DNA from: a virus
Taxonomy: Duplodnaviria > Caudoviricetes
Strand: one strand, 5' to 3'
Virus record (IMG/VR): IMGVR_UViG_3300048693_000127
Span: 1-57,443 of that record
DNA length: 57,443 bases
Position numbers and translations under genes: made by a program. Positions within the stretch are counted from its first letter, which is position 1, and each line of letters opens with the position of its first letter. This document shows positions 46,553 to 55,360 of this stretch, in pieces. The notes under the pieces were generated by a model. That model was not told the origin of the DNA. It made no database searches and was given only the letters and a program-made list of their open reading frames with translations.

Positions 46553-46770
46553 TTATCCAAAATCTAGAGCAAGCAGAAGAAGTTGTAAACAATCATCCAC
46601 AGCTTACATGGGTCGGGTGGACCATTGCTCATTTAACTCAAGATGATGGTGCTGAGTATAACCGTCATGGAGTTTATAATAAAAAGGAAGGCAAATGGTT
46701 CAGGAGGATTTCGTACCCATATATTAGTGGCACGGGATGGGTTTTGCCAAACTCCCTGTTTAAGGAGTAA
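46549..46770 (+). CDS. hypothetical protein
   Basis: GGGGAG SD; coupled to both neighbours. Confidence 0.65.
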   Translation: MIIQNLEQAEEVVNNHPQLTWVGWTIAHLTQDDGAEYNRHGVYNKKEGKWFRRISYPYISGTGWVLPNSLFKE

Positions 46771-47054
46771 TGCTAGGAGAATGGACCAAAAAAGCATCTT
46801 GTCTCAATATGGATACAAATCTTTTCTTTGATCAATATGAAGAAAGCGTATCAATTAGATACGGATTAGACCAATTATGTAAAGATTGTCCAGTAAGAAG
46901 GCAGTGCTTAGCTTCTGGAGTAAGTAGGCAAGAGTGGGGTGTATGGGGTGGAATATACCTGGAAAAAGGAAAAATATCTAAAGATCTAAATAATCATAAA
47001 AGAAAAGAAGATTGGTTTGATCTTTGGTCAAATTTAACAATGGACATATCATGA
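46770..47054 (+). CDS. whiB: WhiB family Fe-S transcription factor
   Basis: ASCLNMD..LFF...LCKDCPVRRQCL...GVWGG. Confidence 0.92.
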   Translation: MLGEWTKKASCLNMDTNLFFDQYEESVSIRYGLDQLCKDCPVRRQCLASGVSRQEWGVWGGIYLEKGKISKDLNNHKRKEDWFDLWSNLTMDIS

Positions 47055-47341
47055 GCATATATACACCTAAGATGCGTGAGGCCGTACATCAAATTAAGGC
47101 ACCACATGATTTTGTTATTGACATTGTTGAATATGATCTTAATCCAAAATTTCTTGCTGTAAGATTCTATGAAAGCCAATGGCTTCACTATAATGATAGT
47201 GAAAGGTTGAAATGTATCATGTATCTTGATACAATAAAGACCCTGTTAGAAAGCTACGGGGTTATGGTAACACTAGAACCAGTAATAGATAAAGGGGATG
47301 TAATTCCCAATAAGAAGAAAGTACGAGGAATAAAAAGATGA
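47051..47341 (+). CDS. hypothetical protein
   Basis: ATGA overlap with whiB and with ssb. Confidence 0.65.
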   Translation: MSIYTPKMREAVHQIKAPHDFVIDIVEYDLNPKFLAVRFYESQWLHYNDSERLKCIMYLDTIKTLLESYGVMVTLEPVIDKGDVIPNKKKVRGIKR

Positions 47342-47703
47342 GTACGATAACTGTATTTGGAAATCTTGTATCAGATCCAGAAACAAAGATGGCAGCAGGA
47401 CATAAGCTATCTCGTTTGCGACTTGCCACAAATGAAAGAATCAAGGATGCAGGCGGAGACTGGAAAGATGGTGACACTACATATATTGATGTTGCATGTT
47501 GGCGTCGTCTTGCTGAGGGGGCAGAGTCACTAAAAAAGGGTGAGAGAGTCATTGTTCATGGAAAGCTAAAGGGTCGATCCTTTGTTCGTAAGGATGGTAC
47601 TAATGGATACGCCTATGAGATTGAGGCTGTTGATGTTGGGAAGTCTGTAATGGCAAAGGTAAAGACAGATGTTGTTCTTCCAGATTTGGAGAACCCCTGG
47701 TAA
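47338..47703 (+). CDS. ssb: bacterial-type single-stranded DNA-binding protein (short tail)
   Basis: ITVFGNLVSDPE...WKDGDTTYIDVACWRRLAE...LKKGERVIVHGKL. Confidence 0.9.
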   Translation: MSTITVFGNLVSDPETKMAAGHKLSRLRLATNERIKDAGGDWKDGDTTYIDVACWRRLAEGAESLKKGERVIVHGKLKGRSFVRKDGTNGYAYEIEAVDVGKSVMAKVKTDVVLPDLENPW

Positions 47704-47849
47704 TGCCAGAAGCAGAGTACTGCGATGACTGCCACAGGATGAAGGATATTGCCTGCACCTGTGGCATGTCATTTGCAGAGAAAATAAAAAGAACAAATAT
47801 TAATTGGGCATCGTGGTCTGATACCAGAAAAAAAAATAAACAGCTTTGA
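47703..47849 (+). CDS. small Cys-rich protein (48 aa, not in ORF track)
   Basis: TAATG-coupled; YCDDCH...CTCG. Confidence 0.6.
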   Translation: MPEAEYCDDCHRMKDIACTCGMSFAEKIKRTNINWASWSDTRKKNKQL

Positions 47850-47861
47850 TATAATCTAACT

Positions 47862-48554
47862 ATGAAGAATAACGTCGTAGCAATTCCCACAATAATTATG
47901 CCAAAAAGGGCCGTGTTTTTAGCCTTTGAATATTCTCATGATGATGCTGTTGAAGAAGTATGGATATTGGATAATGGTCATACTGAAGAAGATGCGGCAA
48001 TTATTAAGGAAATGATTCAAGATGATTCAAAAATATCATATTTAAATACACGAGGAATGACACTATATGAACAGTGGAATTATGCTATGCAGCTTGCAAA
48101 CACATGTGACTTTACTGGAATCGTAATATCTAATGATGATGTTACTATTTCTGAAAATATGGTATCAAAACTTGAGAAAGCCCTCTATGAGGATGACAAC
48201 TGTTGGATAGTTTATCCAGCGGCTCCACAATATTATCACCTTAATGGTTTGCCACAAATTACAAATGGAACCAAGGCTGATGGTGGACTTGACGGTTCAT
48301 GTTTTATGTTAAAAATTGATGCATTAAGAAATGGCTTGCCACCAATTGATGAAAGATTTATTTGGTGGGGTGGCGATGACGATTTAGCAATGTCTATATC
48401 AACATTTAATAAAACACAAAAAAGAGTAAATGATGCATACTTTGTCCATCAAAACGAAGGAACGGTTTCTACAAGTAATCAATTTGATCATCTACATGAA
48501 GCAAAACTTAATGATAAGTTTTTACTAAGACAAAAATGGAGAATAAATAGATGA
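47862..48554 (+). CDS. GT2-like glycosyltransferase (leaderless, TGATATAAT at 47847-47855)
   Basis: VAIPT, ILDNG, SNDD, GSCFML, DERFIWWGGDDDL. Confidence 0.82.
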   Translation: MKNNVVAIPTIIMPKRAVFLAFEYSHDDAVEEVWILDNGHTEEDAAIIKEMIQDDSKISYLNTRGMTLYEQWNYAMQLANTCDFTGIVISNDDVTISENMVSKLEKALYEDDNCWIVYPAAPQYYHLNGLPQITNGTKADGGLDGSCFMLKIDALRNGLPPIDERFIWWGGDDDLAMSISTFNKTQKRVNDAYFVHQNEGTVSTSNQFDHLHEAKLNDKFLLRQKWRINR

Positions 48555-49291
48555 CATTCAAAGAAGTTGATTATCAAAAGCACGTTGTTATTGGATCACC
48601 ATTGGTAGGATGGAAAATGGATGCCAATGAGGGTATGCAATGGTTACAAAATAGTAATGAGATTATAGAACGTTTTCCTAACGTTAAATATTTTGCTGCA
48701 TTAGAGCTAGATCATCGCGGTATAGAACCATTTGCTCCACTTATTGATGCATTAAAAAGTATAGGTGGAGAATATTGGACTTATACAATTAATGATTTTG
48801 AAGAAGTAGTAGATCACAACAACCGCTGGATAAGAATAGAAACTGGCAGAAATCTTGTTCGTGAGTATGCTCAGCGTAAAAAGAGAATGATTAATGGAAT
48901 ACTGCATATGCTTCCATGCGATGCAATTCTTTATCTAGACTCTGATGTAATAATAAATGCTCAAGCTTTAGAAAAGATGTTAGAGGTTGATCGTCATATG
49001 GTTGGTATAGACGTACCAGCATATTGCCTACATGGTCATACTGTTAATTTAGAACCAAGAATAGAAGAGCACTGGACTACTGCTGGGTGTCTTTTAGTCA
49101 ATGCTCCAGCATGTTGGGATTTGCCATGGTATCATCGAATTGATCTAGGTCTAAGCGATGATCCAACATTTCAGCATCTAGGTGAGAGATTATATGGTCA
49201 AACGTGGGTAAGAAAAGATATGGTTGTGGACCATGTGGGTAGACTAACATCTGTAGAACATAGAGGAATTCCAAGGAGAGTATTGCCATGA
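48551..49291 (+). CDS. GT-A fold glycosyltransferase-like protein
   Basis: GRNL, ILYLDSD, GCLLV, SDDPTF, terminal H. Confidence 0.72.
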   Translation: MTFKEVDYQKHVVIGSPLVGWKMDANEGMQWLQNSNEIIERFPNVKYFAALELDHRGIEPFAPLIDALKSIGGEYWTYTINDFEEVVDHNNRWIRIETGRNLVREYAQRKKRMINGILHMLPCDAILYLDSDVIINAQALEKMLEVDRHMVGIDVPAYCLHGHTVNLEPRIEEHWTTAGCLLVNAPACWDLPWYHRIDLGLSDDPTFQHLGERLYGQTWVRKDMVVDHVGRLTSVEHRGIPRRVLP

Positions 49292-49575
49292 TGGATATAG
49301 AAACAAAATGTGAAATTATAGAAGAATTCATAAGAGAAATTTCTGGTAAAGAAGAAATTGTTGAAAATGAAGACTATTTAAATTGGAGATTTTATAACGA
49401 TTTAGGCGTTCCTATTGCACAAGGGTGCATCTATGGGCTTTTAGAACTTACAGAAGAGGGCGAAGAGATTATTGAAGAAACCTGGAAATCTTTTTGTGAG
49501 CTTTTGGGTGTAGCACCAGATGGACTCTACGAATCAATTTACGATATTGTTGGAGATCTTGAACGAGATGAGTAA
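49288..49575 (+). CDS. acidic hypothetical protein
   Basis: AAGGAG SD; NDLGVPIA...IIEETW. Confidence 0.7.
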   Translation: MMDIETKCEIIEEFIREISGKEEIVENEDYLNWRFYNDLGVPIAQGCIYGLLELTEEGEEIIEETWKSFCELLGVAPDGLYESIYDIVGDLERDE

Positions 49576-49750
49576 TGAATCATATATGTTAATGGTTATT
49601 CAATTACTATTGATAATATCTTTATTTATGCAAATAACATATTTAATTTTTGTTTATAGAGCAATTAAAAAAATGTCTAATTCTATTTTTGCAATTATTG
49701 ACATTATGCAAAAAGCAGAAAATAAAAAAAGAAATGAATTAAAAAAATAA
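49568..49750 (+). CDS. small single-TM protein
   Basis: MSNESYMLMVIQLLLIISLF...; overlaps the previous stop. Confidence 0.55.
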   Translation: MSNESYMLMVIQLLLIISLFMQITYLIFVYRAIKKMSNSIFAIIDIMQKAENKKRNELKK

Positions 49751-49777
49751 TATAAGAATGTCTAAATTGTACTTAAG

Positions 49778-49810
49778 TTATTCATTTATTATTCATTAAT
49801 TGTCTACTGA
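49778..49810 (+). promoter_or_regulatory. PHO-box-like 11-bp direct repeats upstream of pstS
   Basis: TTATTCATTTA / TTATTCATTAA / TTGTCTACTGA; candidate extended -10 TGATATTAT at 49837-49845. Confidence 0.55.
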
Positions 49811-49882
49811 ATATAGATGCTTTTTCTCAAGGAGAATGATATTATTTTCTTGCTGAGAACATCAGCCACTATTGGAGGTAAT

Positions 49883-50929
49883 ATGAAAAAAATTTTAACT
49901 TCCTTAATTTCTTCAGCAGTTATTGTTGGTGCCGCAACTCCAGCAGTTGCTGCTGAATCAATTCAGGGCGGTGGGGCATCTTTCCCAGCGGTATTTATGC
50001 AACAGTGTGCATCAGATTTTAATGGATCACAAAGTAATTTTACTATTAGCTATACTTCTGTAGGATCTGGTTCTGGAAAGGGCAACTTTTCAAAGGGCAC
50101 CTATGTATATGGGCAGTCTGATAGCAAGTACTCATCTGGACAGCCAACATTTGGGTGGGAGTATGTTCCAAATGTTGGTGGAGCAATTACATTTCCAATT
50201 AATCTAAAGAGCAAGTCTACTGGCAATACCGTTGGGTCTTCAATTCAATTGAAGCAAGTAACTCTTGCAAAGATTCTATCTGGAAACATTACAAAGTGGA
50301 ATCACCCAGAAATTCTAAAGGATAATCCAAGAATTGGTAAGTCGCTGCCAGATACTAATATCACTATAGTGTACCGTTCAGATACCTCTGGTACAACAAA
50401 TAATACTCTACAATATCTTAATGCCTGGGCGCCTTCCATTTGGCCGAAGGTTCAAGATGATATGGGTACAGCCTTTCCTGGTGGTAAGCCACCAGCTAAC
50501 TCAATTGCTGGTAAGGGAAATCAGGGAGTAATGACTGGCGTCATTACAACAGAAGGTGCAATTGGATATGTTGACCTTGGTGATGCTAAGGGTTACCCAT
50601 CTGCTAGAATTCAGAATGCACTTGGAGAGTTCGTAGCACCATCATCTTCATCTGCTGCAAAGAATCTAGCAAATCAAACAAATGTGTCAGCAGAGGGTCT
50701 TATTACACTTGATTACAATCTAAAGGTCAAGGGTGCATACCCAGTTGCTATCTTTAGTTACATGCTTGTTCGTACAGATGGTAAGGGGCCAAACGGTCTT
50801 GGAGTTCGTCAATTTGCTGATTACATCATTCAAAAGTGTGGCCCATCACGAGCCGCAGCACTTGGATATGTACCAGTTGCTGGCAAGGTATTAGAAAAGG
50901 CAAAGCAGCTAGTAAAGGAAATTAAGTAA
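49883..50929 (+). CDS. pstS: phosphate ABC transporter substrate-binding protein PstS
   Basis: GGAGG SD; signal peptide; GGGASF, SVGSGSG, ITKWNHPEI..DNP, YRSDTSGTT, GAIGYV, AYPV. Confidence 0.93.
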   Translation: MKKILTSLISSAVIVGAATPAVAAESIQGGGASFPAVFMQQCASDFNGSQSNFTISYTSVGSGSGKGNFSKGTYVYGQSDSKYSSGQPTFGWEYVPNVGGAITFPINLKSKSTGNTVGSSIQLKQVTLAKILSGNITKWNHPEILKDNPRIGKSLPDTNITIVYRSDTSGTTNNTLQYLNAWAPSIWPKVQDDMGTAFPGGKPPANSIAGKGNQGVMTGVITTEGAIGYVDLGDAKGYPSARIQNALGEFVAPSSSSAAKNLANQTNVSAEGLITLDYNLKVKGAYPVAIFSYMLVRTDGKGPNGLGVRQFADYIIQKCGPSRAAALGYVPVAGKVLEKAKQLVKEIK

Positions 50930-50940
50930 AATATATCAAT

Positions 50941-50979
50941 AGGTGGCGGGTCAGGGAGACTTGACCCGTCATCTTTTTT
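50941..50979 (+). terminator. intrinsic terminator after pstS
   Basis: 15-bp stem with a GAGA tetraloop and a T6 tract. Confidence 0.85.
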
Positions 50980-50989
50980 ACTGTACAAT
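50961..50989 (+). promoter_or_regulatory. promoter TTGACC-N17-TACAAT overlapping the terminator, leaderless start at 50996
   Basis: Exact 17-nt spacing; 6 nt to the ATG. Confidence 0.65.
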
Positions 50990-50995
50990 GTACGC

Positions 50996-51322
50996 ATGAA
51001 TAGACTAAAGAAGGCTCGCGTTAAGAAGTCCATGGCCTGGAAGGCTGAGAAAATGGATTTTGTATATCTGGAGAATACAGATACTAAGATTTGGACTCAT
51101 AAGTCTGGTACTTGTGCAGGTCAGCAATGCACTATTCATAATATGTCTAATCATTCTATGCGATCATTTCCACAGCATTGGCGTTCTGATAGGGGTATTA
51201 TGGAACGCATTTGTACCCACGGTGTTGGCCATCCAGATCCTGATGACTATATCTGTAATCAGAATAAATGGGAGCGGGTACATGGTTGTGATGGATGCTG
51301 CGTGTCACAGGTGACAGAATGA
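50996..51322 (+). CDS. Cys/His-rich hypothetical protein
   Basis: C..QCTIH...H...MERICTHGVGHPDPD...HGCDGCC. Confidence 0.7.
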   Translation: MNRLKKARVKKSMAWKAEKMDFVYLENTDTKIWTHKSGTCAGQQCTIHNMSNHSMRSFPQHWRSDRGIMERICTHGVGHPDPDDYICNQNKWERVHGCDGCCVSQVTE

Positions 51323-51690
51323 GAATTCTTATTACTGGGTCTAGAGACTGGGGCGATCTTGGCTCTATTCGTAATGCTATTCTCAGTGAGTCTATGAAGA
51401 CGAGAGATAATGTGATCATTGTACACGGTGGTGCAAGAGGCGCTGATTATCTTGCGGGTAGAGTTGCTGATGAACTTAAGCTTGATGTTGAAGTCTATAA
51501 GGCAGACTGGGACACATACGGAAAAAGGGCAGGGTACATTCGTAATGACAAGATGGTGAATCTTGGAGCAGACGTTTGCTTAGCCTTTATTCGTAATGAG
51601 TCTAAAGGCGCTACAATGTGTGCTGAATTAGCAGAAAAAGCAGGTATTCCAGTTAAGGTATGGAGATACAATGAATATGATCAAGCATAA
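51319..51690 (+). CDS. DUF2493/YspA-like SLOG family protein
   Basis: MRILITGSRDW...IVHGGARGAD...ADW..YGKRAGYIRN. Confidence 0.88.
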   Translation: MRILITGSRDWGDLGSIRNAILSESMKTRDNVIIVHGGARGADYLAGRVADELKLDVEVYKADWDTYGKRAGYIRNDKMVNLGADVCLAFIRNESKGATMCAELAEKAGIPVKVWRYNEYDQA

Positions 51691-52087
51691 TTTTAGACGC
51701 ATCAAGACTGCAATTCGTCGTGCTTTTTATACACCAAAATGGTGGTATCAGCGTGCTAAGCGAGGGTACAGCGATAGAGACATGTGGAATGCCGACACCT
51801 ACTTAGCGGGAGTATTTGCAGGAGTACTTCAATGGTATATTGACAACGGCATGGGTGTTTCTATGGCTTATGCTGCTGACGATGATCAATATGGTAAAAA
51901 TGTAGATGACATGGTGATTAGAAGAGATGCTGATTATTCAAACCACATTTTAATTTTCAAGGAATATTTAATCAATGGACTTGCTTTTGATGAAAATTGG
52001 AAGGAAGAGTTTGGCGGCGTACTTGAGAAAGATATTACTGATAGTATGCACTGGCTAGCAAATCACTTTATAGAATTGTGGGATTAA
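51671..52087 (+). CDS. hypothetical protein
   Basis: WYQRAKRGYSDRDMWN...HFIELWD; GGAG SD. Confidence 0.7.
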   Translation: MNMIKHNFRRIKTAIRRAFYTPKWWYQRAKRGYSDRDMWNADTYLAGVFAGVLQWYIDNGMGVSMAYAADDDQYGKNVDDMVIRRDADYSNHILIFKEYLINGLAFDENWKEEFGGVLEKDITDSMHWLANHFIELWD

Positions 52088-52088
52088 A

Positions 52089-52433
52089 ATGATTAAAGTA
52101 ACTACACAAAATAGCACATATTATATTATTGATATGGAAAATCAATGCGCAAAGCGTGTTCGTGGAGAACAAACCCGCAATGAAATGCGTAGTGATGGAG
52201 AATGGTTTGATTTCTTTTCAGTAGAGGCATTTGATCGCTATGCTCTAGAGCGTGGTGGAGACATTCAAATTGGCAAAAGTATGTATTTTTTGCTGCGTGG
52301 TTTGAGAGATTACGACTGGCGTATTAGTACAGATGTAGTATCTATTGAGGAAGTTGAAGAAGACATACTTATTAAGTGTTTTGCAGATGTAGAAAAAAAA
52401 GAAGAATGTATCAACCAGCATACATCTTCATAA
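52089..52433 (+). CDS. hypothetical protein
   Basis: Tightly packed ORF. Confidence 0.65.
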   Translation: MIKVTTQNSTYYIIDMENQCAKRVRGEQTRNEMRSDGEWFDFFSVEAFDRYALERGGDIQIGKSMYFLLRGLRDYDWRISTDVVSIEEVEEDILIKCFADVEKKEECINQHTSS

Positions 52434-52609
52434 GAATAAATAGATCTTCATCTTGGTATGAGTATAATACCTGTACATATGTATATGATCAAGATATTGA
52501 ATATGAAGAAACTGGATCAAGAATTATTTCCAATAGATACCCGCTTGCTGATGCAAATAAGATAAGGGACTTGCTTTTGGCAAGAAAAAGCGATAGAATA
52601 GAGGTATGA
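52406..52609 (+). CDS. hypothetical protein
   Basis: Fills the gap; ATGA overlap with the next gene. Confidence 0.5.
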   Translation: MYQPAYIFIRINRSSSWYEYNTCTYVYDQDIEYEETGSRIISNRYPLADANKIRDLLLARKSDRIEV

Positions 52610-53049
52610 TGAACGAAGAAGAAAGAGAAGCATTTCTTAATACTCCGCATCTTCCAAGCGATGCTGGAGAGTATGCCGATGGCCTAATGGATATGATGAA
52701 TCGTATTCCCCCTGGCTGGGGTAGATGGATATCTTGTGGTCCAGGGTGGTATAAAATTATCACAGAAGCAAATGAACAACTAAAGTTCATTGATCCTGAC
52801 TATGAAATTCATCAGGTCAAGGAGAAGTACGGAACGCTGCGATATTATATTGACTCTAAGTTTGATTACGAATCTATTGAGTCCAAAGTAATGCAAACAG
52901 TCATAGATTATGCTGAGTATCTTTCTGAGCGTACTTGCGAAGAATGCGGCACAACAGAATGGGGTACAGAAGTAGAAACCAGAGCCACTCATGGATGGCT
53001 GTCTACAAATTGTAAAGAGTGTTACGACAAGAGATATAGTGGTGATTAA
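52606..53049 (+). CDS. conserved phage protein with QVKEKYGTLRYY and a C-terminal zinc finger
   Basis: GPGW, QVKEKYGTLR, TCEECG...CKEC. Confidence 0.75.
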   Translation: MMNEEEREAFLNTPHLPSDAGEYADGLMDMMNRIPPGWGRWISCGPGWYKIITEANEQLKFIDPDYEIHQVKEKYGTLRYYIDSKFDYESIESKVMQTVIDYAEYLSERTCEECGTTEWGTEVETRATHGWLSTNCKECYDKRYSGD

Positions 53050-53051
53050 TT

Positions 53052-53240
53052 ATGAATCATGACCTGCTATGCCCATCTGCATATACTATGCTTTGCGAAT
53101 GCAATCTTATCGCCAAGGTGCGTCAGGACATGCTCGCCAAGTGCATCGCAGGAGTAGAAGCAGCGTTTGATAAGTGTTACGAGCCTGTGTGGGTTGCAGA
53201 AGTTACCGAAGTTCTGCGTGCCCTAGAGGAGAAGCCATGA
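53052..53240 (+). CDS. small HDxLCP-family Cys/His protein, paralog 1
   Basis: MNHDLLCP...CECNLIAKVRQD. Confidence 0.65.
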   Translation: MNHDLLCPSAYTMLCECNLIAKVRQDMLAKCIAGVEAAFDKCYEPVWVAEVTEVLRALEEKP

Positions 53241-53470
53241 ATCATGATCCATTATGTCCAGGTACGCAATGTTCTTGTGAGCCAGATGATTATGGACATA
53301 TGCCAAACTGCATAGCAATATTGTGTCTATGTGATCTAATTGCTACTGCACATAGACGGGGGTATGAAGAAGCAAAAAAAATCTATACCAATGATTGCTT
53401 TTACTGTGGATATGCAGGAGAATGGTCTACATACATATGTGATGAATGTGAAGGAAAAAAAATTGATTAA
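53237..53470 (+). CDS. small HDxLCP-family Cys/His protein, paralog 2
   Basis: GAGGAG SD; MNHDPLCP...CLCDLIA, plus CFYC...CDEC. Confidence 0.65.
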   Translation: MNHDPLCPGTQCSCEPDDYGHMPNCIAILCLCDLIATAHRRGYEEAKKIYTNDCFYCGYAGEWSTYICDECEGKKID

Positions 53471-53909
53471 TTATTTAAATGGATATGCACATGCTTTACA
53501 ATCAGCATATCAAGGTTTGTCAGAAGGCGGTATACCAATTGGTGCCGCTTTGATTGTTGAAGATGAAGTAGTCGCAACTGGGTACAATAAGCGTGTACAA
53601 ATGAACAGTTCTATTAGACATGGAGAAACAGACTGCATTGAAAATGCAGGTCGCTTATCTTCAAAGGTATATTCAAAGTCTGTGCTTTATACGACACTTT
53701 CTCCATGTACTATGTGTGCAGGGACTATTCTTCTTTATAAAATTCCAACGGTGGTCATTGGAGAGAATGAAACTTTTCAGGAGAGCGAGTCCTGGCTGAA
53801 ATCCAATGGCGTAAACCTTATAGTTTTAGATGATTTTGAAACAAAAACAATGTTTCAACAATGGTGTCAGGATAATCCTGATCTATGGAATGAAGATATT
53901 GGAATTTAA
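53463..53909 (+). CDS. cytosine deaminase, CDA fold (yeast Fcy1-like)
   Basis: EGGIPIGAAL, HGE, YTTLSPCTMC, C-terminal LWNEDIG. Probable TTG start at 53463. Confidence 0.88.
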   Translation: MINYLNGYAHALQSAYQGLSEGGIPIGAALIVEDEVVATGYNKRVQMNSSIRHGETDCIENAGRLSSKVYSKSVLYTTLSPCTMCAGTILLYKIPTVVIGENETFQESESWLKSNGVNLIVLDDFETKTMFQQWCQDNPDLWNEDIGI

Positions 53910-53949
53910 ATACTACATTTCATAATTAATAAAATAAGGGAGAAGATAT

Positions 53950-55347
53950 ATGTCAACACCATCAGTTATTGCTGAGGTCCGAGAGGGTCAGTATGGCTCA
54001 AAGGTTTCAGCAATTGAACCAGGAGGTTCAGAATTTATTCCACTTTCTGAACGTCATGGTAAGGCAAGAGATCTATTCACAATTTGGGCCACTCCGAATC
54101 TGGAGTTTGCAACTGTATTCGTAGGAATGATTGCAGTTATGTTCTTTGGTCTAAATATTTGGCAAGCTACAGTAGCAGTTGTATTGGGTAGTTTGCTTGG
54201 TGCCATTTCGCATGGTTTGCTAGGGGCGAGAGGACCATTTTTTGGTGTGCCAGAAATGGTTATCTCAAGAATCCCGTTTGGCTGGAAGGGTAACTCTGTA
54301 CCCTCTGGACTAAATGCCCTTTTAGCATCATTGGGTTGGTTTGCTGTAAACACTGTTACGGGAACGTTTGCTCTAACCTCGCTACTTGATATTCCAGTAG
54401 TTCTATCACTGGTATTGGTTGTAGGAGTCCAGGTAGTGTTTGCATTCTTTGGACACAACATGATTCATAAGACAAATAAGCTTATGTTCCCATTTGCTGT
54501 TGTCGCATTTATTTTAGCTTTCATTTGGGTTGTTCCAAGTGCTGATTACAGCGTCAATGCTGGAACAGGAACACTTGGTGGATTCTTGATTGCTATGGGT
54601 GCAGCATTTGGATATGCTTCTGGATGGAATCCATTTGCATCTGATTATAGTCGTTATCTGCCACAGGATTCTAGCAAGAAGGCAGTAGCACTATGGTCAG
54701 GGGCTGGTTTGTTCCTTTCATGTAGCCTTCTTATGTTCCTGGGTGTCCTAGCTGCTACTCTTGTAGCACCTGAGGGGGCAACTCCAACAGATCAGTTTAC
54801 ATCTACAATGCCAACTCTAATTGCTGCTATTGTTTTGCTTGCAGTACTTGGTGGCTCCATTATTGGAAACTCCTTGAATGTCTATTCTGCAACAATGTCA
54901 TTCTTGTCACTTCCAATTAAAATCTCAAGTTCTGCTAGACGAACAATCGCAACAGTAATCTTTGGTGCAGCAGGAGGTATCGTAGCATACTTTGGTCTAC
55001 AAGACCCATCACGTTACACAAATTTCCTCCTTGTTATTGCATATTGGGTAGCACCTTGGTTGGGTGTTGTATTTATGGATCAGTATCTACGTCGTAAGAA
55101 TACCGTCAGCGGATTCCTCTTCGATAAGAAGCATAATCCAATTGCAGGCGTGGTATCGTTTGTTGTAGCACTGGTATCCTCAGTTGTACTATTCTCAAAT
55201 CAGGTAATGTTCGTCGGTATCGTTCCATCGAATATTCCAGAGTTTGGAGATAGCGCACCAGCATTCGGTTTCGTAATCGCTGCTGTATTGTATGCAATTC
55301 TATATAAGTTTCAGAAGTCTCCCAAGGATGAGAAACTAGTAGTATAA
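53950..55347 (+). CDS. purine-cytosine permease (NCS1 family, CodB-like)
   Basis: About 12 TM segments; IPLSERHG, SRIPFG, GWFAVNT, ASDYSRY, NVYS. Confidence 0.9.
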   Translation: MSTPSVIAEVREGQYGSKVSAIEPGGSEFIPLSERHGKARDLFTIWATPNLEFATVFVGMIAVMFFGLNIWQATVAVVLGSLLGAISHGLLGARGPFFGVPEMVISRIPFGWKGNSVPSGLNALLASLGWFAVNTVTGTFALTSLLDIPVVLSLVLVVGVQVVFAFFGHNMIHKTNKLMFPFAVVAFILAFIWVVPSADYSVNAGTGTLGGFLIAMGAAFGYASGWNPFASDYSRYLPQDSSKKAVALWSGAGLFLSCSLLMFLGVLAATLVAPEGATPTDQFTSTMPTLIAAIVLLAVLGGSIIGNSLNVYSATMSFLSLPIKISSSARRTIATVIFGAAGGIVAYFGLQDPSRYTNFLLVIAYWVAPWLGVVFMDQYLRRKNTVSGFLFDKKHNPIAGVVSFVVALVSSVVLFSNQVMFVGIVPSNIPEFGDSAPAFGFVIAAVLYAILYKFQKSPKDEKLVV

Positions 55348-55360
55348 TATATAAAATAGT

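Noticed and set aside
49824-49859. Imperfect inverted repeat TTCTCA...TGAGAA before pstS as a riboswitch or terminator
   Set aside because: AT-rich and bulged, with no U tract, and it overlaps the candidate -10; too weak to call.
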